Position numbers and translations under genes: made by a program. Shown here in pieces: positions 39,388 to 48,435 of a stretch of 64,000 nucleotides of DNA. This stretch comes from Candidatus Bathyarchaeota archaeon. GTDB lineage: Archaea > Thermoproteota > Bathyarchaeia > Bathyarchaeales > Bathycorpusculaceae. The stretch is taken from assembly GCA_963707955.1 (NCBI GenBank), contig OY970176.1, forward strand, positions 768,001-832,000, in the 5' to 3' direction. The notes under the pieces were generated by a model. The model saw only the letters and a program-made list of their open reading frames with translations. It was not told the DNA's origin and did no database searches. Within the stretch, counting starts at the first letter, position 1, and the number at the start of each line of letters is the position of its first letter.

Positions 39388-39615
39388 CTATCCTTCATGC
39401 GCGATCATCGTTATTGTTGATTTAACTCTCTCCAGTCTCCTTATCTTGTCATGTATTTCTTTGAGCCTGTCCATAGTATCCGCTCTTGTTCTTACAATGA
39501 TGTCATAGACGCCGTAGACAGGATAAGCTTCTTCAACTCCCTTAATCTCCCTCAATGCTTTCATCAACATCGGGTGATATTCTTCTGAATTTATCAACAA
39601 ATATGCCGTAGGCAT
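39388..39615 (-). CDS. Stand-alone Lrp/AsnC ligand-binding domain protein
   Basis: MPTAYLLIN...VYGVYDIIV...IRRLERVKSTITMI; AGGTGA SD. Confidence 0.88.
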   Translation of the reverse strand: MPTAYLLINSEEYHPMLMKALREIKGVEEAYPVYGVYDIIVRTRADTMDRLKEIHDKIRRLERVKSTITMIAHEG

Positions 39616-39673
39616 CCAAATCACCTTTTACTCTCTCTGAACACTTCGCTTTTAGCTTTTGGGCGCGCGCTAG

Positions 39674-39823
39674 TGGGGTCGTGCGGATTTGAACCGCAGA
39701 CCTACGGGTTTCTTCAGGTGACAGCTCCAGAATTCTGTCATCACCGTTTACGCATCGGCTCCACTTCTTTACGCATTGTGGATTTCTGGAGCCCGTCGTC
39801 ATACCTGCCTAGACTACGACCCC
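39674..39823 (-). tRNA. tRNA-Trp(CCA) with a 76-nt intron at 37/38 (39710-39785)
   Basis: Acceptor GGGGTCG/CGACCCC, anticodon arm ACGGG-CTCCAG^A-CCCGT, T-arm TGCGG-TTCAAAT-CCGCA. Confidence 0.93.
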
Positions 39824-39966
39824 ACGGCTACACTGAGAAGGACTTGCCAGATTTTAAATATATGCATTGTTGCGCCAGAAACAGAATCTGTGCACATGCC
39901 TAAGATTCGAGAAGACACATCAGCCTAGAGCGATAAGCTTATGAGCACAGGGTTGTCGTCTAGTTT

Positions 39967-40092
39967 GGGGTTTGCCGGTCATAGGGCGCGGGTCCCACCT
40001 GATCCCATACCGAACTCAGAAGTTAAACCGCGCTCCGTTTCTGGCTGTAATGTGGTCTTCGGCCATGTGAACCCGGAAAAGCTGGTAACCCC
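39967..40092 (+). rRNA. rrf: 5S rRNA (stand-alone)
   Basis: GGTCATAG...CACCTGATCCCATACCGAACTCAGAAGTTAA core; terminal helix GGGGTTTGCCGG/CTGGTAACCCC. Confidence 0.92.
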
Positions 40093-40154
40093 ACTTCAAA
40101 ATAGTCGGTGAATTTGGAGGAAAATTACCCAAAACTTATAACTCAGCATCTATA

Positions 40155-41321
40155 GTGTGTTCGGAAGGTGAGTTCGTGAGCATAACGGCGGCAATACTAG
40201 GCTTATACAGCCGGATCATGCCAGCACAGTTTGGCGATACCAGTGTAACCTTGGTTCTGAACCTGCTTTTCTACGTCGTTTTCATCGTCTTCATTTTCTA
40301 TGGGCAGAGACTTCAGACGTACGTGATGATCAGGGAAGTAGAGGGGTCACTCTACAAACTGAAGTACATAAAGGAAGAGGGACGTAAGATAACGATAGAA
40401 ACGATAAAGGAGATTGGAAAGCCGCAGACGGACCCAACGGGAAGGGTTGACAGGTTCCTGGAATATTTCACGATATCTCCTCAGTCTCTTGACCCGGCGG
40501 GCATAGTCTGGAAGCTTGAACACATACTGGACGTAAGGGACACGCGCTTCAAGGATGAGGTCAAGTTCATGGCTCCGTCAGCAGATGAAACCCAGGCAAA
40601 CAACCTGGAGAACACCCTTGAGGCAGCGATGGCCCTCAATTTCATTTACAAAGTGATAAGACACTTCTACCTGCTGGGCAAGAAAACACTCAGCCTTTAC
40701 GTCATAATGCAGATACAGATGATCTTGCCGATGATTATGAAAGAGGCAGAAGCCTACGCAAGCGCGTTAAAAGCCTTCGCCTACGGTCAGCCAATAGGTG
40801 ACGGGGCAGGTGCACTCGTCGCGGCAAAGCTCATGCATGGACACGAGACGAGGAAAATAGCCAAGGACTGCGTTGTCGCATCCGTTCCCTTCGAAGGACG
40901 AACAGCCTTCGTCATAAAGGCTGAAGGGCCAGGAGGAAACGTGGGCAAACCAGGAGACGCGGTAAAAGCGGTCATCGACGAAAACGAGGGGAAGATTGCC
41001 ATGGTCGTCATGATCGATGCTGCTCTGAAGCTTGAAGGAGAGGGATTGGGCGAGTTGGCTGAAGGTGTCGGTGCGGCTATCGGAGGCCCCGGAGTTGACC
41101 AGTACAAGATCGAGGATGCGATTCTGAAATATCACATTCCCGTAAACGCCGTCGTAATAAAGGAAGACATAGGAGACGCTGTTTCACCCTTGCGCAAAGA
41201 AGTTTTCGACTCGATCGATGGCGTCATAGAAAGGATAAAAACGGTCGTATTGGAGAGGACGAAGGAAGGAGACAAAATAGTAATCGCCGGCGTGGGGAAC
41301 AGCATCGGAATCGGACAGTAG
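40155..41321 (+). CDS. DUF1512-family archaeal membrane-anchored protein
   Basis: PIGDGAG, KAEGPGG, IDAALKLEGE, AEGVGAAIGG and GVGNSIGIGQ motifs; true start probably slightly downstream. Confidence 0.8.
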   Translation: MCSEGEFVSITAAILGLYSRIMPAQFGDTSVTLVLNLLFYVVFIVFIFYGQRLQTYVMIREVEGSLYKLKYIKEEGRKITIETIKEIGKPQTDPTGRVDRFLEYFTISPQSLDPAGIVWKLEHILDVRDTRFKDEVKFMAPSADETQANNLENTLEAAMALNFIYKVIRHFYLLGKKTLSLYVIMQIQMILPMIMKEAEAYASALKAFAYGQPIGDGAGALVAAKLMHGHETRKIAKDCVVASVPFEGRTAFVIKAEGPGGNVGKPGDAVKAVIDENEGKIAMVVMIDAALKLEGEGLGELAEGVGAAIGGPGVDQYKIEDAILKYHIPVNAVVIKEDIGDAVSPLRKEVFDSIDGVIERIKTVVLERTKEGDKIVIAGVGNSIGIGQ

Positions 41322-41333
41322 GAGACAAACGAA

Positions 41334-41747
41334 ATGACTGAAACCCAAGCATCAGGCCCAACACCCCGAATAGCGTCCTCCGTGATAATAGCCGTGTTCT
41401 TAGCCCTTGCACTCTCGTTCATAGCCCTCATATACGCGCTCAGCATCCTTGATCAAGACATTGAAACTGCATCGATCTTCCTAATAATGGGATTCCTGGG
41501 AGTAGCGTTGTCCACGTACGTTTTGTTCCAGACGCGGAGACGACTTTCAAAGCTAAAGATCGTGCCTGCCCCCGTGACAACCACTATAGAATGCAAGAAA
41601 TGTGGCTTCAAGAACGTCAGAGAGTTCCAGCGAGGAGACTACATTTTCAAAGAAGGCGAACCATGCCAAAAATGCAATGAAAAGATGCTAATAACAGCGA
41701 TCTACAGGGAAGTCAAAGAGAAAGAGAGAGAAAAAATGTCTTTCTAG
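41334..41747 (+). CDS. Membrane protein with a C-terminal zinc ribbon
   Basis: Two TMs then CKKCG..REFQRGDYIF..CQKC. Confidence 0.8.
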   Translation: MTETQASGPTPRIASSVIIAVFLALALSFIALIYALSILDQDIETASIFLIMGFLGVALSTYVLFQTRRRLSKLKIVPAPVTTTIECKKCGFKNVREFQRGDYIFKEGEPCQKCNEKMLITAIYREVKEKEREKMSF

Positions 41748-42648
41748 GTTAACACCGAACAGCCGTCCGCAACGATCAAAACAGTGTGCTCTGCTTGGGC
41801 AACTGTTTTTCCGCTCGCTTCGACGAAAATCGGATACTTCATCAAGGTCTTCGATGCCAACAGTTCGTCGAAGGTTCTCTGTAATGTTGTTGAGGCACGA
41901 CATTCTGCAGCCAACGTTCCGTAAAGGGTAAAGTTCTGAAGTTGTCCTCAATGTACTTTTGAAGTTCTCTCGCATGTGGGTTTTTCGCAGACCTCGACCT
42001 GAGAAAACGGAAAATCGTGGCTTCGTCACCGTTTTCAACTCTACCCGCAGCGTTTGGAACGGTTACGAAAGGTTCGATAGCATACACGCCGCCTAACTTG
42101 ATTTTTGTTGAAAAAAGCTGTGAAACGTTTGGCAACGACGTGCCAGTGTGCACAACGTACCGACCGACCTGATGACCCGTCAAGTTAGAAATGGGTTTGA
42201 AACCGCGAGACTTGATTACACCCTCTATCATCGTCCCAAGCTTTGACGTGGACGTTCCTGGGTGAATGTTTTCGACGGCAGTCTTCAAGGCGCGTTCTGC
42301 CGTTTCTACCAAGCTTTCGTATTCGATGTCAAAACACACCGTAACTGCGGTGTCAGTCAGGTAGCCGTCGATGTGGGCGCCGATGTCCACCTTGACCAGG
42401 GACTTCTCGGGGATTCTTCTTTTGTCATTCGGTGGAGACGTGTAATGCGCAGCAACCTCATTCACGGAAACGTTACATGGAAACGCTGGTTTTGCTCCCT
42501 TCTGCCTTATCAGGCCCTCCGCTTTCTCGCAGATGTCAATGATCGGCATGCCCTCACGTACATAGTTTTTCATTTCTTCTCGCGTCTCGCGCAGAATCTT
42601 CCCTGAGAGGCGAAGCTTTTCAAACGCTTCCTTTTCAGATTCGCTCAT
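41744..42648 (-). CDS. map: Type II methionine aminopeptidase, one base missing near 41875
   Basis: AFPCN, AAHY, DIGAHIDG..D, NLTGH and AIEPF motifs; the C-terminal YP...AQAEHTV lies in the shifted frame ending TAG 41744-41746. Confidence 0.92.
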
Positions 42649-42682
42649 CAAAGTCACTTTTCCAGACATGTGATCTTGCACT

Positions 42683-43813
42683 TTACCTTTTTATGTGGAA
42701 TTTTCCTATTACGTCTCTTGCTTTTTCACGCTTCTTCTGATGCCCAGCAAGAAACTTGTTGACTCTTTCAGCGAGTTCTTTCTTGCACTCGCCGCACAAG
42801 ACTTCGCCAGCCTTGCAGCGTCTCTTCCTTTCTGCAAGTTTCTCGTCATCCTCCTCGAATAGATAGAGGAAATATTGAAAGACTGTGCAGACATCGGGGT
42901 CGGCGCCCTCTTTTCTTTGTTCAGCGACTGTTCCTTTCCCACCTGTAAATGCCTTCCAGATCTTCTGCGCGACCAGTTCAGGCGGGTCTGTAGTGAATAT
43001 GGCTGTCTCAGGCTCTGAAGCGTTCATCTTTCCACCAACGCCCAATCCTGGCAAGAAGCGGTTGTGGATTTGGGCTGGCTTGTAGTACCCAAGCTTCTGG
43101 GCGATGTCTCGTGTGATCCTCCAGTAAGGGTCCTGGTCAATCGCTGCGGGTATAAGAGCGGGAACGTTTTCACCAGTTAGTTTCTTATGTATGAAACAGG
43201 GCACTGCTTGGACAGCTGGCCAGAACACCCAGCCGAGGTTTGTGCTGTCCTGAAAACCAAAGGTCGCTCTTGCCGTGGAATATGTTATGCGCTTGGCAAC
43301 TTCCAACGCAATGTCGTAGAGAAGATCGATGTCATCAACATCGTAGATGATGAAAGTGTTCTTCGGTTCGAAGCCCAGCGCAACGAGGTCCAAAGCGTTC
43401 TCATAGCCCAACCTCGTGGTTTCAGACAGGATGCGATCGTCGTCTACCACGAACTTTTCATCGTCGGTCATCTGGAAGTAGAGCCTCGCGTTAAACGCGT
43501 CTTGCAGGTGCTTCGTGAAAATCCAAGGGACGAGATGTCCAATGTGAACAGGGCCCGAAGGGCCTCGGCCCGTGTAAAGCACGAACTTGACCCCTTTGTC
43601 GTACAAGTCAAGAACAACGTCCAGGTCCCTGTGAGAAAAGAACAGTTCCCTGCGCAGCTGAAGATGAACGCCGCCCGTGTACTTGGCAAGTCTTCGTCGA
43701 AGCCCTTCGGTTAAGGGCTCGGTTCCAAACTCTCGGATCAAACGTTCATAGTCGACCTTGCCCTTCACTTCCCAAGGAGTAACGACCATTTCGTTTTTTT
43801 CTTCATCAGTCAA
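42683..43813 (-). CDS. trpS: Tryptophanyl-tRNA synthetase (eukaryote-like archaeal type)
   Basis: VTPWEV, YTGRGPS..HIGH, TDDEKF, IDQDPYWR, KMNAS and AFTGG motifs. Confidence 0.93.
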   Translation of the reverse strand: MTDEEKNEMVVTPWEVKGKVDYERLIREFGTEPLTEGLRRRLAKYTGGVHLQLRRELFFSHRDLDVVLDLYDKGVKFVLYTGRGPSGPVHIGHLVPWIFTKHLQDAFNARLYFQMTDDEKFVVDDDRILSETTRLGYENALDLVALGFEPKNTFIIYDVDDIDLLYDIALEVAKRITYSTARATFGFQDSTNLGWVFWPAVQAVPCFIHKKLTGENVPALIPAAIDQDPYWRITRDIAQKLGYYKPAQIHNRFLPGLGVGGKMNASEPETAIFTTDPPELVAQKIWKAFTGGKGTVAEQRKEGADPDVCTVFQYFLYLFEEDDEKLAERKRRCKAGEVLCGECKKELAERVNKFLAGHQKKREKARDVIGKFHIKR

Positions 43814-44051
43814 GCCTTATGCCGCCTGCGCAGTCAGCTTCCTTATACAATCTATGGAAACATATTAAATCTTGCGTGAACGAAAGCTCGTAGCAATGCG
43901 GCTGCGCCTTTAACAAGAGCAACCATGCTATGCATTCCAGAAAGCTTCAAAAAGTTTAAACATGTCCATTCACTCATTTATGTTGGGTAATGCGTTGGAC
44001 TGGCACTAGTCTCCATCAATGAGTCGCCTATTTTTCTAGTAGTTCCTCTGA

Positions 44052-45215
44052 ATGTTGTCAGTTTTGCGCCACAGAATTCTCTTGAAAGAAAAGGAGGAAA
44101 GATACCTGCAGTCAAATTCTGATAAGAAAGCAGTGGTTGATCCGTTTGGAACAAGTTCAGTCACAGATTATGAGCGGCTAAGCGAAGAATTTGGGATCGA
44201 ACCGTTTGCAACAGCCTTGCCAAGAGTGCCTGATCCATCATTTCACATGAGACGCGGAGTGATCTTCGGCCACAGAGACTTCGGCAGAATCCTGGATGCA
44301 ATGAATGCGAATGATAATTTTGCTGTTTTGAGCGGGATAAAACCGACAGGTGAATTTCACTTAGGCACGTTGATGACGGCGAAGGAGATTATCTACTTTC
44401 AGCAGCACGGTGCTCAGACATTTTACTGCATTGCTGACATAGAAGCCTATGAAGATAACAAAATCCCCTTTGAAAAAAGTGAAAAAATAGCTGTAGAAAA
44501 CGTTGCAGACATGCTTGCACTTGGACTAGATCCAGAAAGAGCATACATTTACCGGCAGTCTAGAGAAAACAGGGTCAAGGACTTAGCTGTGATCCTTGGC
44601 AGACCTTTAACTTTGGCCACGATGAAAGCGATATACGGTGAACGACACATCGGTCTATACCTTGCGGCTTTGATTCAAGCCGGAGACATTCTCCTTCCTC
44701 AGCTCGAAGATTTCGGAGGTCCTAAACCCACTGTGGTTCCTGTGGGTGTTGATCAGGATCCGCACCTTCGCTTCACCAGAGACTTGGCTCGGGTTTTTCA
44801 TCGGAAATACGGTTTCATCCCTCCCTCCTCAACATATCATAAGCTTATAAGAGGACTAGACGGCTCCCCGAAAATGAGCAAACGGCAAATGAATTACTTC
44901 ACTTTGCATGACAAGCCCGAAGTCATTGTGCGGAGAATATCTAATGCTTTTATCGGCGGAAGACCAACTGTCAAAGAACAACGTGAGCTCGGCGGGGTTC
45001 CAGAGGCGTGCCCGATCTATGAGATGTGTCTTTTCCATTTTACGAAGGACGATCGGAAAATCGCCGAAACCTATCATGACTGCAAGACTGGAAGACTGCT
45101 GTGCGGAGACCATAAGAAGCAGGCGATTGATGCAGTGCTGAAGTTTGTGAAGGAACACGCACGGAAAAGTAAGAGGTTTATTGACGAGGAATATGAAGTA
45201 CTTGGAATAGACTAG
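44052..45215 (+). CDS. trpS: Second, divergent tryptophanyl-tRNA synthetase (start possibly CTG 44106 after GGAGG)
   Basis: FGHRD, SGIKPTGEFHLG, QAGDIL.PQ, PVGVDQDPH, KMSK and CGDHK motifs. Confidence 0.88.
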   Translation: MLSVLRHRILLKEKEERYLQSNSDKKAVVDPFGTSSVTDYERLSEEFGIEPFATALPRVPDPSFHMRRGVIFGHRDFGRILDAMNANDNFAVLSGIKPTGEFHLGTLMTAKEIIYFQQHGAQTFYCIADIEAYEDNKIPFEKSEKIAVENVADMLALGLDPERAYIYRQSRENRVKDLAVILGRPLTLATMKAIYGERHIGLYLAALIQAGDILLPQLEDFGGPKPTVVPVGVDQDPHLRFTRDLARVFHRKYGFIPPSSTYHKLIRGLDGSPKMSKRQMNYFTLHDKPEVIVRRISNAFIGGRPTVKEQRELGGVPEACPIYEMCLFHFTKDDRKIAETYHDCKTGRLLCGDHKKQAIDAVLKFVKEHARKSKRFIDEEYEVLGID

Positions 45216-45307
45216 CGCGCACTATGATTAAAAGGGTTTGTTAATTCCTCGTGGGATTTGAGTCCTTGTTAACTGTCGTGGGATGAAGCGATACTGTTGG
45301 CTTTTTC

Positions 45308-45440
45308 ATGACGACTAGCCTCGTTTACCATCAAATCTTTCAACATTGTTAGGTTGAAAAAGCAGGATTCAGAAACCGCTCTCACGCTATTGAGCTTGCC
45401 TTGATGAAACTTATGGAAAACGAAAAGAAGGAAATGGCCC
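45308..45440 (+). pseudogene. Ribbon-helix-helix (CopG-like) remnant
   Basis: After an in-frame TAG reads VEKAGFRNRSHAIELALMKLMENEKKE. Confidence 0.45.
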
Positions 45441-45535
45441 CGCGTGCGCTTGCTTTCTTCTTCTGCCAAACGGTGCCCAATTCTGGTTTCTTAGCGCGAG
45501 TGCTAGAGCCTATGAACATTGCGCAACGCGCGAAA

Positions 45536-46033
45536 TCAATATGATTCTAGTAGTCCGAAGGTTTTTAAACGGTCTCTCAGATTTCTGATTCTGTCACTAG
45601 CTTCGGTAATATCTCCAAGTAGTCTTTCAAAGTTGCGGACGTTTAGGTTTATGAGCTCATGGAGGGCTACGGGGTTGTCTGGTAAATCGTACAAGCTTGG
45701 GCTGGTTCCAGCCTCTCTAGAAGCTTCAACAATCCACTCTTCGAGCCTTGGGCACAATATGAGTAAGTGATTGTTTAGCCATCTATATTGCAACAGTCTT
45801 ATCTTATGTGCCTCATCGATCTCAGTTGCTTGAAATTTCTTCAAGTCTGGCAATTGAAGGCTTCTGGGGTCTTCATCAACCATTCCCACCGAATTTTCGT
45901 AATTAGTATGTCTCACACCTCTAATCAGCTTCCTAACCACACCTGACTTGTTCCCAGCATGTTCAATCCTTTCTGTGGGAACACCCAAGATGCTGAGCAG
46001 TGTTAAGTCCGCTTTGCATTCCACGAAGAGCAT
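45536..46033 (-). CDS. TOPRIM-like protein partnered with the ATPase
   Basis: FVECKAD and MVDEDP (E...DxD); LEEWI motif. Confidence 0.65.
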   Translation of the reverse strand: MLFVECKADLTLLSILGVPTERIEHAGNKSGVVRKLIRGVRHTNYENSVGMVDEDPRSLQLPDLKKFQATEIDEAHKIRLLQYRWLNNHLLILCPRLEEWIVEASREAGTSPSLYDLPDNPVALHELINLNVRNFERLLGDITEASDRIRNLRDRLKTFGLLESY

Positions 46034-46038
46034 CTACT

Positions 46039-47049
46039 TCAGTCCTTTGCGCCCAACAATTTTTGGAGGTTAAAGAAAACATCCGATCCCATCCTGAGGA
46101 TGTCTTGTTTTTGGCTGTCATCTAATTCTCTTGCCTTTGTCTGATAGTGATCGAGATAGGTTACAAATGCAGACAGATCATCCTTTTCTGTTTTTTCCAG
46201 CAAAGATACCAGAAAATAGGGGTTGTGCGTTGCGATGAAATACTGATTCTTGTTTGGATCTACTGCTATTCTTTCGGCAAGATACTTCGTATAGTATGGA
46301 AAGGCATGTGCCTCTGGCTCCTCAAATGAAATCACACAATTCTTGTTTGAGTAGATTGCAGCGAGGTAGAATGCTATTCTTTGCAGAGTTTCCGAAGACA
46401 GAGAATAGGGAAACGAGATTATTACGTCCTCAAACTCCTTTTGAATTTCTATTTTCCCTTCTGGAGGTTTGAAAACCATTCTGTAACCAAATGCTCCGAA
46501 CATCTCTCCGAAGATTTTTTTTAGATCTTTCCGCGTTAGAATCACATGTAGTAGGTTATCGCCATCTGGTGGCATAAGGAACTCTGCTTGGGGATCCTGA
46601 AAACTAACTTTTTTGTTGAATCGATAAAACCTAAAAGGTGTCACTTGTGTGCTAAGTTGAGGCATGAGTTGCGATTGGCCGCCCCCATAACCATACTGAA
46701 ATACTTGTGTTCGGAAAGCCAATGGTGAGTCAGCAGGGCCAAGCCTAAAAGTTCCAACGAACGTCCCGTTGCTGAATTCCATCTTCAAATAGTTGAGCCC
46801 AAATTCCACTTCAACAGGATTTTCTAAGACATGATCGTAGAACAAATCAATCATGGTTTCAAATCTGATAAATTGCCCAATGTTGCGGAGCCTGCCCTGA
46901 CACAGGTGAGACATTAGACCTATTGCTTCCAATATGTTGGATTTTCCGGTATTGGGTTCGCCGATAAAGACGTTTACACGTCTGCATTCGAGAGTCAGTT
47001 CTTTGACTGATTTGAAGTTGCTTATTCTCAGTTTTGTGGTAACTATCAT
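46039..47049 (-). CDS. ABC-type ATPase (AAA_15/AAA_21; OLD/AbiEii/AriA-like)
   Basis: ISNFKS, GEPNTGKSNILEA, LSS signature, FEEPEAH and ATHNPY motifs. Confidence 0.85.
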   Translation of the reverse strand: MIVTTKLRISNFKSVKELTLECRRVNVFIGEPNTGKSNILEAIGLMSHLCQGRLRNIGQFIRFETMIDLFYDHVLENPVEVEFGLNYLKMEFSNGTFVGTFRLGPADSPLAFRTQVFQYGYGGGQSQLMPQLSTQVTPFRFYRFNKKVSFQDPQAEFLMPPDGDNLLHVILTRKDLKKIFGEMFGAFGYRMVFKPPEGKIEIQKEFEDVIISFPYSLSSETLQRIAFYLAAIYSNKNCVISFEEPEAHAFPYYTKYLAERIAVDPNKNQYFIATHNPYFLVSLLEKTEKDDLSAFVTYLDHYQTKARELDDSQKQDILRMGSDVFFNLQKLLGAKD

Positions 47050-47321
47050 CTAGTTTTCAGCCTCTCTCGTTTAGAATAGTTGCTTCGGACCTAATATGAA
47101 GGTTTGTGTCGCTTGTAGATATGCTGTGTATTTCCGCGCACGCTCGCGCTAATACAAATCCACAGTGGTGCGTCGTAATTCTAGTCAAAGACACCAAAAG
47201 GTGAGTGCGCGCTTTAGCGTTTTCCAGTATCTTCATTCTCTTCGTCATTCTTATTACCGCTCCTCAGCTCCTAGAATCCCAGTGATGTTTAGGGCGCGCG
47301 CTTGAGTCTCAGAATGTCAAT

Positions 47322-48251
47322 CTATATTGGCTTCACTGCTCTAAGCTTTCCATATGCCCTGGCTTTAGGGTTGTCCACTTTTTTGTAAGAACCTGAAGTT
47401 CTATCATATTCAGTCTCAAGCAGATAAACGTCCATTCCAACTCTTAGATTATGTCGATCCAGATTTCCGACTGAACCCAAATAGGGATTGGGTTGCTTTG
47501 GAAAATATTTATCTACGTTTCCTTTGTACCAGAAAACAATAATTGCTTCAATTTGACCGTTTTTCCGAGAGTATATGGCACCCCGACGAGCGTCGTAATT
47601 TGAAATACCATGCCTCTTGTCGAAACTCGCTCGGCTTTCATTCAACGGCTGTACGTCTTTGAGGTACAGTCTGTAACGTACTTTTGGCATGCGAAATTCT
47701 CTAGTTTTTGTGACGCCTTTGGCATGAGCGCCACAGATTTTCTGATAATACTTAATGTAATCGTCTATCAGAGGTTCTGATTTAGGCAAGACTTCATTGT
47801 CAAAGAAACTCACGATATCTCTGATAATTTGCTGCTTCGTATTTCCCTCAACGAGTATGTTCGCCTCGATATTGTTGCCCGTTCCCCCAGAGGTCAAATT
47901 AGAACTTCCCATAATCACTCTTACACTATCCCCATTTTGGAAAACGAATAATTTTGGGTGAAAATCAGCCTTGCGAAATAAGCCTAAATTAAAGTTCACA
48001 TAGTTGTTATCCAACTTCTTGAGGTCGAATAAAACTTTAGGGTCGGTTATGTGGTACTCTGGACACGCTCCAACCAAGAAGTCTACACTTTTGCCATCGT
48101 CGAGCGCCGTTTGTAGGTTTTTCTCTATTTCACTGTAACCACCCTCTTTCAGAAAGGCAACTGCAATTTTGATTTTTTCTGCAGTAGTTATGCCGTTTCG
48201 AAGTTCCTCAGCTATCTGCGATCCTCTCAGGAATCTCCGAACATCTGTCAC
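47322..48251 (-). CDS. PLD-family (HKD) nuclease with an unknown C-terminal domain
   Basis: IAVAFL, FHPKLFVF, GSSNLT.GG..NIEAN motifs. Confidence 0.8.
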   Translation of the reverse strand: MTDVRRFLRGSQIAEELRNGITTAEKIKIAVAFLKEGGYSEIEKNLQTALDDGKSVDFLVGACPEYHITDPKVLFDLKKLDNNYVNFNLGLFRKADFHPKLFVFQNGDSVRVIMGSSNLTSGGTGNNIEANILVEGNTKQQIIRDIVSFFDNEVLPKSEPLIDDYIKYYQKICGAHAKGVTKTREFRMPKVRYRLYLKDVQPLNESRASFDKRHGISNYDARRGAIYSRKNGQIEAIIVFWYKGNVDKYFPKQPNPYLGSVGNLDRHNLRVGMDVYLLETEYDRTSGSYKKVDNPKARAYGKLRAVKPI

Positions 48252-48435
48252 GGTTTGACCAGCTCAGGCGCGCGCTAGAAATCTTCTCTTGCCATTTGTT
48301 GACCATAGGTCAGCAATGACTTAATAAAATCTACTGTGTTAGTAGCGCGCGCTTTAAGCTCCTAAGAGTTAACAAAACCTCCACCCGCTAAGTTTATGGG
48401 CTTGTCCGCGCGCTCGCTAGATATAGAGGAGTAAC

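Noticed and set aside
3503-45215. TGA-to-Trp recoding suggested by the in-frame TGA plus two TrpRS genes
   Set aside because: TGA terminates many clearly complete genes (dnaJ, rbr, pheT), and the tRNA anticodon is CCA.
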